Positions 49,670 through 57,608 of a DNA stretch of 64,000 nt are shown piece by piece. Positions within the stretch are counted from its first letter, which is position 1. Every line of letters starts with the position of its first letter. This stretch comes from Flavobacteriaceae bacterium. Its GTDB lineage: Bacteria > Bacteroidota > Bacteroidia > Flavobacteriales > Flavobacteriaceae. The position numbers were made by a program, and so were the translations under genes. Where the stretch lies: assembly GCA_021648265.1 (NCBI GenBank), contig JAKITD010000005.1:740-64739 (forward strand), in the 5' to 3' direction. Under the pieces are notes generated by a model that was not told the origin of the DNA, did no database searches, and saw only the letters and a list, made by a program, of their open reading frames with translations.

Positions 49670-50413
49670 TTATAGTTTTAAAAGTTTATTAACCAATTCT
49701 TGCTGAGTTTTAAGTATTTTATCTATATCTTTTGGTGCATTCCATTGTAAAGAATACAAACTATCAGCTCCAATTAAGATAGAAACTGATGGGACTTTAT
49801 AGAATTGTGAAAAAGCATACAACCCTGCGGTTTCCATTTCTACCAAAGCACATTTTTTTGAAGAGTAATTTTCTATTAATTGTTTTGTTTCTCTAAACGG
49901 ACAATCTGTACTCCAAGATGTTTTGGATTTTAACCCACAATGATCTTTTACTTTTTCGAACCAAATTTTATCGTAACTTATAATATTCTCTTCTTTTGAA
50001 TAAAAAAAAGAGCTTCCTGCAGAAGAATAAACATTAGAAATTATATATGCATTATTTTCCACGATTAAATGATCAAGGATTCCAGCAACTCCAATAAAAA
50101 CAAACTGTTTAACTCCTAATTCCTTTAATTCTTCCAATAATGTAATCATTCCAGACGAACCCATTCCAAATTCGGAACTCAACAAAAACTTGGATTTAAA
50201 ATTATAATGTAAACCGTTAATTCCTTTTATTTTTTTTGTGAAAGAAGAAACTTTTTTTGAGAAAACACTTTTATTTATAGATATAATTGCAATAGGAGGA
50301 AGTGCTTCAAAATTATATATATTTCGTTCTCTTTTCCATGAAACAATATCTGAAATTTTTAAAACTGATTTTTCGCTATAAAAAGAAGTGTTGTTATTTT
50401 TAAAAAATGACAT
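49670..50413 (-). CDS. Nucleoside phosphorylase family protein (PNP/UDP_1 fold)
   Basis: GMGSS..LEEL.ELG, FIGVAG, STDCPFRET, VEMETAG. Confidence 0.8.
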   Translation of the reverse strand: MSFFKNNNTSFYSEKSVLKISDIVSWKRERNIYNFEALPPIAIISINKSVFSKKVSSFTKKIKGINGLHYNFKSKFLLSSEFGMGSSGMITLLEELKELGVKQFVFIGVAGILDHLIVENNAYIISNVYSSAGSSFFYSKEENIISYDKIWFEKVKDHCGLKSKTSWSTDCPFRETKQLIENYSSKKCALVEMETAGLYAFSQFYKVPSVSILIGADSLYSLQWNAPKDIDKILKTQQELVNKLLKL

Positions 50414-50733
50414 CTAATACTGTTTTTTTTGTAAAAATAATAAAATCGTTTGAATAAGTTTTCAAAACTAAAAATAATAGTAAAAACAACAGTATTATTA
50501 CTTCCTTACGAAGGAAAAATTAAATAATCTTTCTTATTAGCTAAACACCTCTTTTATAAAACAAATCGATAAGTCGCCTTAATCAAGAACGTATTTTCTG
50601 GTTGCTGATAAATATCCTCAATACACATAGATTTTCGGGTTTTTCACTCTTTCTTTTTCCCTTTATCATCGTTAAAATTTTAAACCGTAACTAAGACTAT
50701 GCTTGAATATTTTGCCTCGATAAAGAAAAAAAT

Positions 50734-50759
50734 AAACCTGCCTGCCGGCAGGCAGGTTT
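50734..50759. repeat. Perfect 26-bp palindrome
   Basis: aaacctgcctgcc|ggcaggcaggttt. Confidence 0.9.
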
Positions 50760-50760
50760 G

Positions 50761-51300
50761 TCAAAATTCCCGAAAAGCTAAATCCATTGAGTATATCTGA
50801 TTATCGATAATGATATTAAAATCGTTAAGAGCATCACCAAATTCTGTAATCCTTTGTGACCAAACAAAGAAAATTTCGGAACCTGGAATGTATTTCCAAC
50901 GCAGTACTAAGTTAGATCGATATTGAACAAAAGCAAAATTAGGATCTCCAAACGAATAATCGGTAGTGCCATCTTGATTCTCGTCTACGCTATACAAACC
51001 ATCTTCAAAATTAATTTGATTGTCATTATACCATGTAACCCGATTGTTTAAATCTTCGGCAGTTGCATCATTTACATAATTAAAGTTGGAATATTTCCCT
51101 CTTGCAATAAAGGCTGACCGTAATACTGTAGTGTTAAATTAGGACTAAACATAATTAACTCGAAGTGTTGCCCTTAAAGTCTCTTGATCTATTCCACTTA
51201 AAACATATCGCGTTGTGCCAGCAAAATCTTGTTGTGTTACGTATTGTGTTTTGTTTGGATTGCTTTCATATTCCGTAGAAATCGATAGACTAAAAAAGGA
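50761..51300 (-). pseudogene. Frameshifted C-terminal remnant of a DUF5916-like outer-membrane protein
   Basis: Minus-strand fragments in different frames: QYVTQQDFAGTTRYVLSGIDQETLRATLRVNY / SPNLTLQYYGQP / FIARGKYSNF...QYRSNLVLRWKYIPGSEIFFVWSQ; no 5' part. Confidence 0.7.
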
Positions 51301-51458
51301 ATAAAAAGGGCAAATTTATTCATTAGAATTGATGATTTCTTAAAGAGACCTAAAGTTCGGGGAAATGATACAGTTAAACGTGTTTTTCAGACAAAATTAA
51401 TATTGAAAGATTTAATAAATTTAATTCCGTTTTAATTAAGAAAAATAAAACTGCAAAG

Positions 51459-51489
51459 TTTGTAATTCTATTTAATAGTAGTACATTTG
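51459..51489 (+). promoter_or_regulatory. rplM operon promoter (-33 TTTG / -7 TACATTTG)
   Basis: tttg 51459-51462, 19-nt spacer, tacatttg 51482-51489. Confidence 0.75.
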
Positions 51490-51579
51490 CACCCCTCAAA
51501 ACAGCAATTATTTGCTATTTGGGACAAAGCTCTTAGCTGGGCAAAACAATGATTTATTAACAATAAGACAAAGAACTAA

Positions 51580-52035
51580 ATGGACACATTAAGTTACAAA
51601 ACAGTATCTGCTAACAAAAACACTGTAAATAAAGAGTGGTTATTAGTAGATGCGGACGGGCAAGCATTGGGTCGTCTTGCTAGTGAAGTAGCAAAATTAC
51701 TTCGTGGCAAACACAAACCAAATTTCACTCCTCACGTAGATTGTGGAGACAATGTAGTAATTATTAACGCTGAGAAAATTACTTTATCAGGAAACAAATG
51801 GGAAAACAAGTCTTACATAAGACACACTGGTTACCCAGGAGGACAACGAAGCTTGACTTCAAGAGAGTTGTTTGATAAAGATCCTACAAGACTTGTGGAA
51901 AAATCTGTAAAAGGAATGTTACCTAAAAATAAATTAGGTGCAGCTTTATTCAGAAATTTGAAAGTATATGTTGGTACAGAGCACGGACAAGTAGCTCAAA
52001 AACCAAGAAGCATTAACCTTAACAACAACAAGTAA
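51580..52035 (+). CDS. rplM: 50S ribosomal protein L13
   Basis: [27 protein letters not shown]. Confidence 0.98.
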   Translation: MDTLSYKTVSANKNTVNKEWLLVDADGQALGRLASEVAKLLRGKHKPNFTPHVDCGDNVVIINAEKITLSGNKWENKSYIRHTGYPGGQRSLTSRELFDKDPTRLVEKSVKGMLPKNKLGAALFRNLKVYVGTEHGQVAQKPRSINLNNNK

Positions 52036-52421
52036 TGGAAGTTTTACATAAAATAGGTAGAAGAAAAAATGCTGTTGCACGTGTGTATTTAGCAAAAGGT
52101 AAAGGGAAAATCACTATTAATAAACGTGAATTTGAAAACTACTTTACTACAGGGACGTTACAATATAAAGTATTGCAACCGTTAACGTTAACAGATAACT
52201 TAAAAACTTTTGACATTACTGTAAATGTACACGGTGGTGGAACAACTGGACAAGCAGAAGCGATTCGTTTAGCAATTTCTCGTGCAATGTGCGAGTTAAA
52301 CGATGAAAACAGAGGAATACTTAAACCAGAAGGATTATTAACAAGAGATCCAAGAATGGTGGAACGTAAAAAATTCGGTCAGAAGAAAGCACGTAAGAAA
52401 TTCCAATTCTCGAAACGTTAG
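52035..52421 (+). CDS. rpsI: 30S ribosomal protein S9
   Basis: [22 protein letters not shown]. Confidence 0.98.
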   Translation: MEVLHKIGRRKNAVARVYLAKGKGKITINKREFENYFTTGTLQYKVLQPLTLTDNLKTFDITVNVHGGGTTGQAEAIRLAISRAMCELNDENRGILKPEGLLTRDPRMVERKKFGQKKARKKFQFSKR

Positions 52422-52453
52422 TACTTCGGCTAGGCTTAGCAACAACATATATT

Positions 52454-52670
52454 ACTTGATTGGGTATTAAATAAATATCCAATCAAGTTTATTTTAAGTT
52501 CATATAAATCCGTCGAATTTTCGACAAACAATTATAATACCGCTGTTACTCCGAAAGACGGAGAATTAGTTTAGCATCTAAACCCAACACAATACACTCT
52601 TACGCTAAAGCTACAGAGTAAGTATGTAGAGAAGGTTGCTATCTATAATAACACAAGAACGTAAACTATT
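52454..52670 (+). ncRNA. Structured rpsB 5' leader (putative S2 autoregulatory element)
   Basis: 15-bp hairpin 52454-52488; long-range tagttta (52567) / taaacta (52662) pairing enclosing hairpins, ending 8 nt before the ATG. Confidence 0.5.
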
Positions 52671-52676
52671 ACAAAA

Positions 52677-53513
52677 ATGGCAAACAACAACGAACAAGTA
52701 AAACAGTTACTTGACGCAGGTGTACACTTTGGTCACCTAACAAGAAAATGGAATCCTAACATGGCACCCTATATCTATATGGAGCGTAACGGAATCCACA
52801 TTATCAACCTTTATAAAACTGCTGCAAAATTAGAAGAAGCGAACGAAGCTTTGAAAAAAATTGCTGCTAGTGGTCGAAAAATCCTTTTCGTAGCTACTAA
52901 AAAACAAGCAAAAGACATCGTAGCAGAAAAAGCAGGAAATGCTAATATGCCTTACATTACTGAAAGATGGCCTGGCGGAATGCTAACCAACTTCATAACT
53001 ATTCGTAAAGCGGTTAAAAAAATGTCTTTAATTGACCGTTCTAAAGAAGACGGTACTTTTAACGCATTATCTAAAAAAGAACGTTTAGCAGTAGATCGTA
53101 CTCGTGCTAAATTAGAAAAAAACTTAGGTTCTATTTCAGATATGACACGACTTCCCGGAGCATTATTTGTTGTAGATACTACTCGTGAGCACATTGCAGT
53201 AAAAGAAGCTTTAAAATTAAAGATTCCTATTTTCGCGATGGTAGATACCAACTGTGATCCTAATGTAATTGATTTTGTAATTCCATCTAACGATGATGCT
53301 TCAAAATCAATCGACAAAATTATGTCTAGTGTATCTGAAGCTATTATTGAAGGTCTTTCTGATAGAAAAAACGGAAAAGATAAGCAAGCTACTGAAGAAA
53401 CAACAACTGCTGCTGCTCCAACTGAAAAGAAAACTTCTCGTAAAAGAGTATCTGCTGTAGAAAAACCTGCTGCTCCTGCTAAAAAAGCAAAAGCAACAAA
53501 AGAAGAAGAATAA
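52677..53513 (+). CDS. rpsB: 30S ribosomal protein S2
   Basis: AGVHFGH, RWPGGMLTN, VDTNCDP, NDDA. Confidence 0.98.
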   Translation: MANNNEQVKQLLDAGVHFGHLTRKWNPNMAPYIYMERNGIHIINLYKTAAKLEEANEALKKIAASGRKILFVATKKQAKDIVAEKAGNANMPYITERWPGGMLTNFITIRKAVKKMSLIDRSKEDGTFNALSKKERLAVDRTRAKLEKNLGSISDMTRLPGALFVVDTTREHIAVKEALKLKIPIFAMVDTNCDPNVIDFVIPSNDDASKSIDKIMSSVSEAIIEGLSDRKNGKDKQATEETTTAAAPTEKKTSRKRVSAVEKPAAPAKKAKATKEEE

Positions 53514-53532
53514 ATTAAAGTAAATTTCATAC

Positions 53533-53661
53533 AAAAGTCATTTTAGTTTAAGACAAAGTAAGTTAAACTGAGAGATCCCTTTGGTAAAGCGGGATTAGTT
53601 CAACTAACTAAAAAAAAATGAAAATATTTTTTTAGAGTCTCACTTAAATTTAACGACTTTT
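53533..53661 (+). other. Multi-branch stem-loop between rpsB and tsf
   Basis: aaaagtc/gactttt, gttaaa/tttaac and tgaga/tctca close three inner hairpins. Confidence 0.5.
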
Positions 53662-53687
53662 ATTTTTAATACAACAAATTATATATT

Positions 53688-54650
53688 ATGGCAAAAATAA
53701 CAGCCGCAGACGTAAAAAAATTAAGAGATGCTACCGGTGCAGGAATGATGGATTGTAAAAATGCATTAGTGGAAGCAGAAGGTAACTACGACGAAGCAGT
53801 AAGTATTCTTCGAAAAAAAGGACAAAAAGTTGCTGATAAAAGAGCCGACAGAGATTCTAGTGAAGGTGTAGCTACCTTAAAAATTAACGAGGATAAAACT
53901 AGAGGTGTTGCCATAGTTTTAGCTTGTGAAACTGATTTTGTTGGTATAAATGACGATTTTAAAGCACTTGCAAGCCAATTTGTAACTATTGCTTTCAATC
54001 ACGACAGCAAAGAATCTTTCCTTAATGCTGACTTTGAAGGAATGACTGTATCTGAAAAATTAATCGAGCAAACAGGAGTGATTGGTGAAAAAATACAAAT
54101 CAACGATTTTAAAGTAATAGAAGCTCCATTTGTAGGGTCTTATATTCACGGTAACAAAATTGCTGCTTTAGTTGGCTTGGCTAACGGAGATGGTAATGCT
54201 GAAACTGTTGCAAAAGACGTAGCTATGCAAGTAGCTTCTATGGGAGCAACCACTCTTTCTTACAAGGATTTTGATGCTGCTTATGTAGCTTCAGAAACCG
54301 AAGCAAGAATTGCAGTAATCGAAAAAGATAATATCGAAAGAGGACGTTTAGGGAAACACCTTATCAACGTACCAACTTATATTTCAAGAGCACAATTAAC
54401 CGATGAGGTAATTGAAGCTGCTAAAACACGATTGCAAGAAGAGTTAAAAGCTGAAGGTAAACCAGAGCAAATCTGGGACAGAATCCTCCCTGGAAAATTA
54501 GAACGTTTTATCTCTGATAATACAACTTTGGATCAAGAACAATGTTTGTTGGATCAGAACTTTATTAAAGACGAAAAACAAAGTGTTGCTGAATATGTAG
54601 CTTCTCAAAACAACGAAGTAGTTTCGTTTGCTAGAGTTACTTTGGGGTAA
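53688..54650 (+). CDS. tsf: Elongation factor Ts
   Basis: LRDATGAGMMDCK, ETDFV. Confidence 0.98.
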   Translation: MAKITAADVKKLRDATGAGMMDCKNALVEAEGNYDEAVSILRKKGQKVADKRADRDSSEGVATLKINEDKTRGVAIVLACETDFVGINDDFKALASQFVTIAFNHDSKESFLNADFEGMTVSEKLIEQTGVIGEKIQINDFKVIEAPFVGSYIHGNKIAALVGLANGDGNAETVAKDVAMQVASMGATTLSYKDFDAAYVASETEARIAVIEKDNIERGRLGKHLINVPTYISRAQLTDEVIEAAKTRLQEELKAEGKPEQIWDRILPGKLERFISDNTTLDQEQCLLDQNFIKDEKQSVAEYVASQNNEVVSFARVTLG

Positions 54651-54672
54651 ACATACTTTCCTTATAAATTAC

Positions 54673-54708
54673 AAACCGTTTCAATGTATTTTGAAACGGT
54701 TTTTTTAT
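54673..54708 (+). terminator. Intrinsic terminator after tsf
   Basis: aaaccgtttcaa / ttgaaacggttt plus T-tract. Confidence 0.85.
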
Positions 54709-54770
54709 TCCCAATTTCCTCCTATTTTCCTTCATTTTTTTTCATTATTTTTGCATAAGAAAACTCTGCT

Positions 54771-55475
54771 ATGCAATACAAAAGAATACTTTTAAAATTA
54801 TCTGGCGAAGCCTTAATGGGAAATCGTCAATATGGTATCGATCCAGATCGTTTACAAGAATATGCGCAAGATATTAAACAACTTATAGATAAAGGCGTGG
54901 AAATTGCCATTGTGATAGGTGGTGGTAATATTTTTAGAGGAGTAGCAGGAGCAAGTAGAGGAATGGATCGTGTACAAGGCGACCATATGGGAATGTTAGC
55001 AACCGTAATTAACGGGCTCGCATTACAAAGTGCTTTGGAAGATGAAGGAGTACCAACTCGTTTGCAAAGTGCTATTAAAATTAATGAAGTAGCAGAACCA
55101 TTTATTAGACGAAGAGCCTTACGTCATTTAGAAAAAGGTCGGGTAGTAATTTTTGGTGGCGGAACAGGAAATCCTTATTTTACGACAGATTCGGCAGCCG
55201 TTTTAAGAGCTATTGAAATAAAAGCAGATGTTATTTTAAAAGGAACCCGTGTAGATGGTATTTATACAAGTGATCCTGAAAAAGATAGTACTGCAACAAA
55301 ATTCGATTTTATAAGCTTTGAAGATGTGCTAAAAAAAGGATTGAAAGTAATGGATACCACTGCTTTCACTTTAAGTCAAGAAAATCATTTGCCAATTGTA
55401 GTTTTTGATATGAATACCAGAGGAAACTTAATGAAAGTAGTTTCTGGAGAAAACATAGGAACAAGAGTAAATTAG
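54771..55475 (+). CDS. pyrH: UMP kinase
   Basis: [24 protein letters not shown]. Confidence 0.98.
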   Translation: MQYKRILLKLSGEALMGNRQYGIDPDRLQEYAQDIKQLIDKGVEIAIVIGGGNIFRGVAGASRGMDRVQGDHMGMLATVINGLALQSALEDEGVPTRLQSAIKINEVAEPFIRRRALRHLEKGRVVIFGGGTGNPYFTTDSAAVLRAIEIKADVILKGTRVDGIYTSDPEKDSTATKFDFISFEDVLKKGLKVMDTTAFTLSQENHLPIVVFDMNTRGNLMKVVSGENIGTRVN

Positions 55476-55482
55476 ATGTTAC

Positions 55483-55608
55483 TCCCGAACAATCGGGACG
55501 CTCAACAACCATTAAAGACATATTTAGTTATATATATTTGGCTACTGAGCGGAACCGAAGTGACAAAATAAAGATAAAGTTTAATTTAATAACACCCGAA
55601 TTCACGGG
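55483..55608. repeat. Composite repeat cluster between pyrH and frr
   Basis: tcccgaacaatcgggacgctca (55483-55504), ctgagcggaaccgaagtg (55545-55562), cccgaattcacggg (55595-55608). Confidence 0.75.
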
Positions 55609-55615
55609 CAACACC

Positions 55616-56170
55616 ATGAACGAAGAAGTACAATTTATTATCGACAGCACCAAAGAAGCAATGGGTAACGCTATTAAGCACCTTGTAAAAAAGTTTGTTA
55701 ACATTAGAGCTGGAAAAGCATCTCCGGCTATGATTTCTAGTGTGATGGTAGATTACTACGGAACTCCAACTCCTATAAGTCAAGTAGCCAACGTTTCTAC
55801 TCCAGATGGAATGACTATTACAATTCAGCCTTGGGAAAAATCTTTAATTCCTGAAATTGAAAAAGGAATTCATCTAGCAAATATTGGTTTCAACCCAATG
55901 AGTAATGGTGAAAGTGTAATTATCAACGTTCCACCATTAACTGAAGAACGAAGAATTGAATTGGTTAAACAAGCAAAAGCGGAAGGGGAAGACACAAAAG
56001 TAGGAATCCGAAATGACCGTAAACACGCCAATAATGAAATTAAAAAAGCTGATCTTTCTGAAGACTTAACAAAAAACCTAGAATTAGATATTCAGAAAAT
56101 GACCGATGAACACATTCAACGTATTGACGCAGCATTAGTTTTAAAAGAAAAAGAAATAATGACCGTTTAA
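55616..56170 (+). CDS. frr: Ribosome recycling factor
   Basis: IRAGKAS, VDYYG.PTP, PPLTEERR; start MNEEV at 55616. Confidence 0.96.
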   Translation: MNEEVQFIIDSTKEAMGNAIKHLVKKFVNIRAGKASPAMISSVMVDYYGTPTPISQVANVSTPDGMTITIQPWEKSLIPEIEKGIHLANIGFNPMSNGESVIINVPPLTEERRIELVKQAKAEGEDTKVGIRNDRKHANNEIKKADLSEDLTKNLELDIQKMTDEHIQRIDAALVLKEKEIMTV

Positions 56171-56197
56171 TATGAAAACCTATTAACAAAACATATA

Positions 56198-56226
56198 ATA
56201 TAGCGGCTTTTGGTCGCTATATTTTT
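56198..56226 (+). terminator. Intrinsic terminator after frr
   Basis: tatagcggc / gtcgctata stem plus T-tract. Confidence 0.65.
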
Positions 56227-56252
56227 ATACACTAATCAAACCTTTTACTCTT

Positions 56253-57500
56253 TTGAATAAGTACTTCTCTTTATTTTATTTCTTGTTTTTTACAAGTTTT
56301 TTGGGCTATTCTCAAGTCCCGAAACAAAAAAAAGAACAAGGTTTTATAGAAAAAGTGAATCCACTTGAGTCTGGTTTTTACCCTATTTGGATTTTCGATA
56401 TTGATTTGCGTTCAGTAATAAAATATAATGATCACGAAGGTTTGCGAATAGGTATTGGCGGAATTACCAACGAAAAACTTTTTAAAAAATATAAATTTGG
56501 AGGTTATTTTGCCTACGGATTAAATGACCATGAATATAAATATAGTGTTGGATCCAGTATACGGCTTAATAAATCTGATAAATTGTGGCTAGATTTATAT
56601 TACACGGACGATATTCGAGAATTTGGTGATTACACCCTTTTAACAGATAAATTGGTTTTCTCAATTATTGAGCCGCGTTTATTAAACATTACTCAATTTT
56701 ACAAACATATTTCTTGGAGGTCTTCATTAAATTATAAGTTTAACAATACACTGATTTCCGAAGTACAAATAGCAAAACGGAATATTAGTCAGATTGATAG
56801 TTACCAATATGTAAATAACGGAATTACCTATAAAGAATATACCCTTTCTGAAGCAAGCCTAAGTATTCGTTATGGAGTAAACAATAAAAAACCTTCTTCA
56901 ATTGAGTATTATGGTGGCGGAATGCCAAGTGTTAGTTTACAAATAACACAAGGATTTAAAAATGTATTCGGAAGTGATTTTAGTTACACAAAATTTGGAT
57001 TAAAAGCCGATTATTTTATAAAACGTGAAAAACTTTCTTCAACTAATTTTTTACTGATAAGTTCCTTAGCATTAGGTGATCTTCCCTTAACTCATTTATT
57101 TCATTCATCACCAAATAGCCCTACAAAAACTGCCATTTTAAAAAGATTTTCTGTTGCAGGTAGAAGCAGTTTTGAAACCATGTATTTTGGTGAATTCTTT
57201 TCAGATAAATATGCAGCATTACACGTAAAACACAGTTTGTTTCGGATACATATTTCAGAAAAAATACAACCAGAAGCTATTGTATTTACAAGACACGCAA
57301 TCGGAAATTTAAAAAACAAAGCAGCACACCTTGGTGTTGATTTTAAAACCTTAGATCAGTTTTACTCAGAATCTGGAATTGAACTTAACCGAATCTTTTT
57401 TGGCTTCGGATTGAGTTTTGCATATCGTTATGGTTATTATAACCTTCCAAATTTTGACGACAATATTGCTCTAAAGTTCACTTTTTATCTAAAATTATAA
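56253..57500 (+). CDS. Outer-membrane beta-barrel-like protein resembling the C-terminal half of DUF5686 proteins
   Basis: Signal peptide, KYNDHEGLRIG, amphipathic strands, YRYGYY..KFTFYLKL C-terminus. Confidence 0.55.
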   Translation: MNKYFSLFYFLFFTSFLGYSQVPKQKKEQGFIEKVNPLESGFYPIWIFDIDLRSVIKYNDHEGLRIGIGGITNEKLFKKYKFGGYFAYGLNDHEYKYSVGSSIRLNKSDKLWLDLYYTDDIREFGDYTLLTDKLVFSIIEPRLLNITQFYKHISWRSSLNYKFNNTLISEVQIAKRNISQIDSYQYVNNGITYKEYTLSEASLSIRYGVNNKKPSSIEYYGGGMPSVSLQITQGFKNVFGSDFSYTKFGLKADYFIKREKLSSTNFLLISSLALGDLPLTHLFHSSPNSPTKTAILKRFSVAGRSSFETMYFGEFFSDKYAALHVKHSLFRIHISEKIQPEAIVFTRHAIGNLKNKAAHLGVDFKTLDQFYSESGIELNRIFFGFGLSFAYRYGYYNLPNFDDNIALKFTFYLKL

Positions 57501-57608
57501 GGTATTTATTTCACTTTTAAACAGCATAAACCTATATAGTTACACCTATTTTAATACCTTTGCGCCCATTCCGTTTTAAATATGGGGTTGAAATAATTAC
57601 AATTCATT

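Noticed and set aside
40078-50413. Hopanoid (hpn) tailoring cluster
   Set aside because: B12 radical SAMs, GT2, phosphorylase and a distant MMPL gene are reminiscent, but there is no squalene-hopene cyclase or squalene synthase in the window and the NTase/methyltransferase content differs
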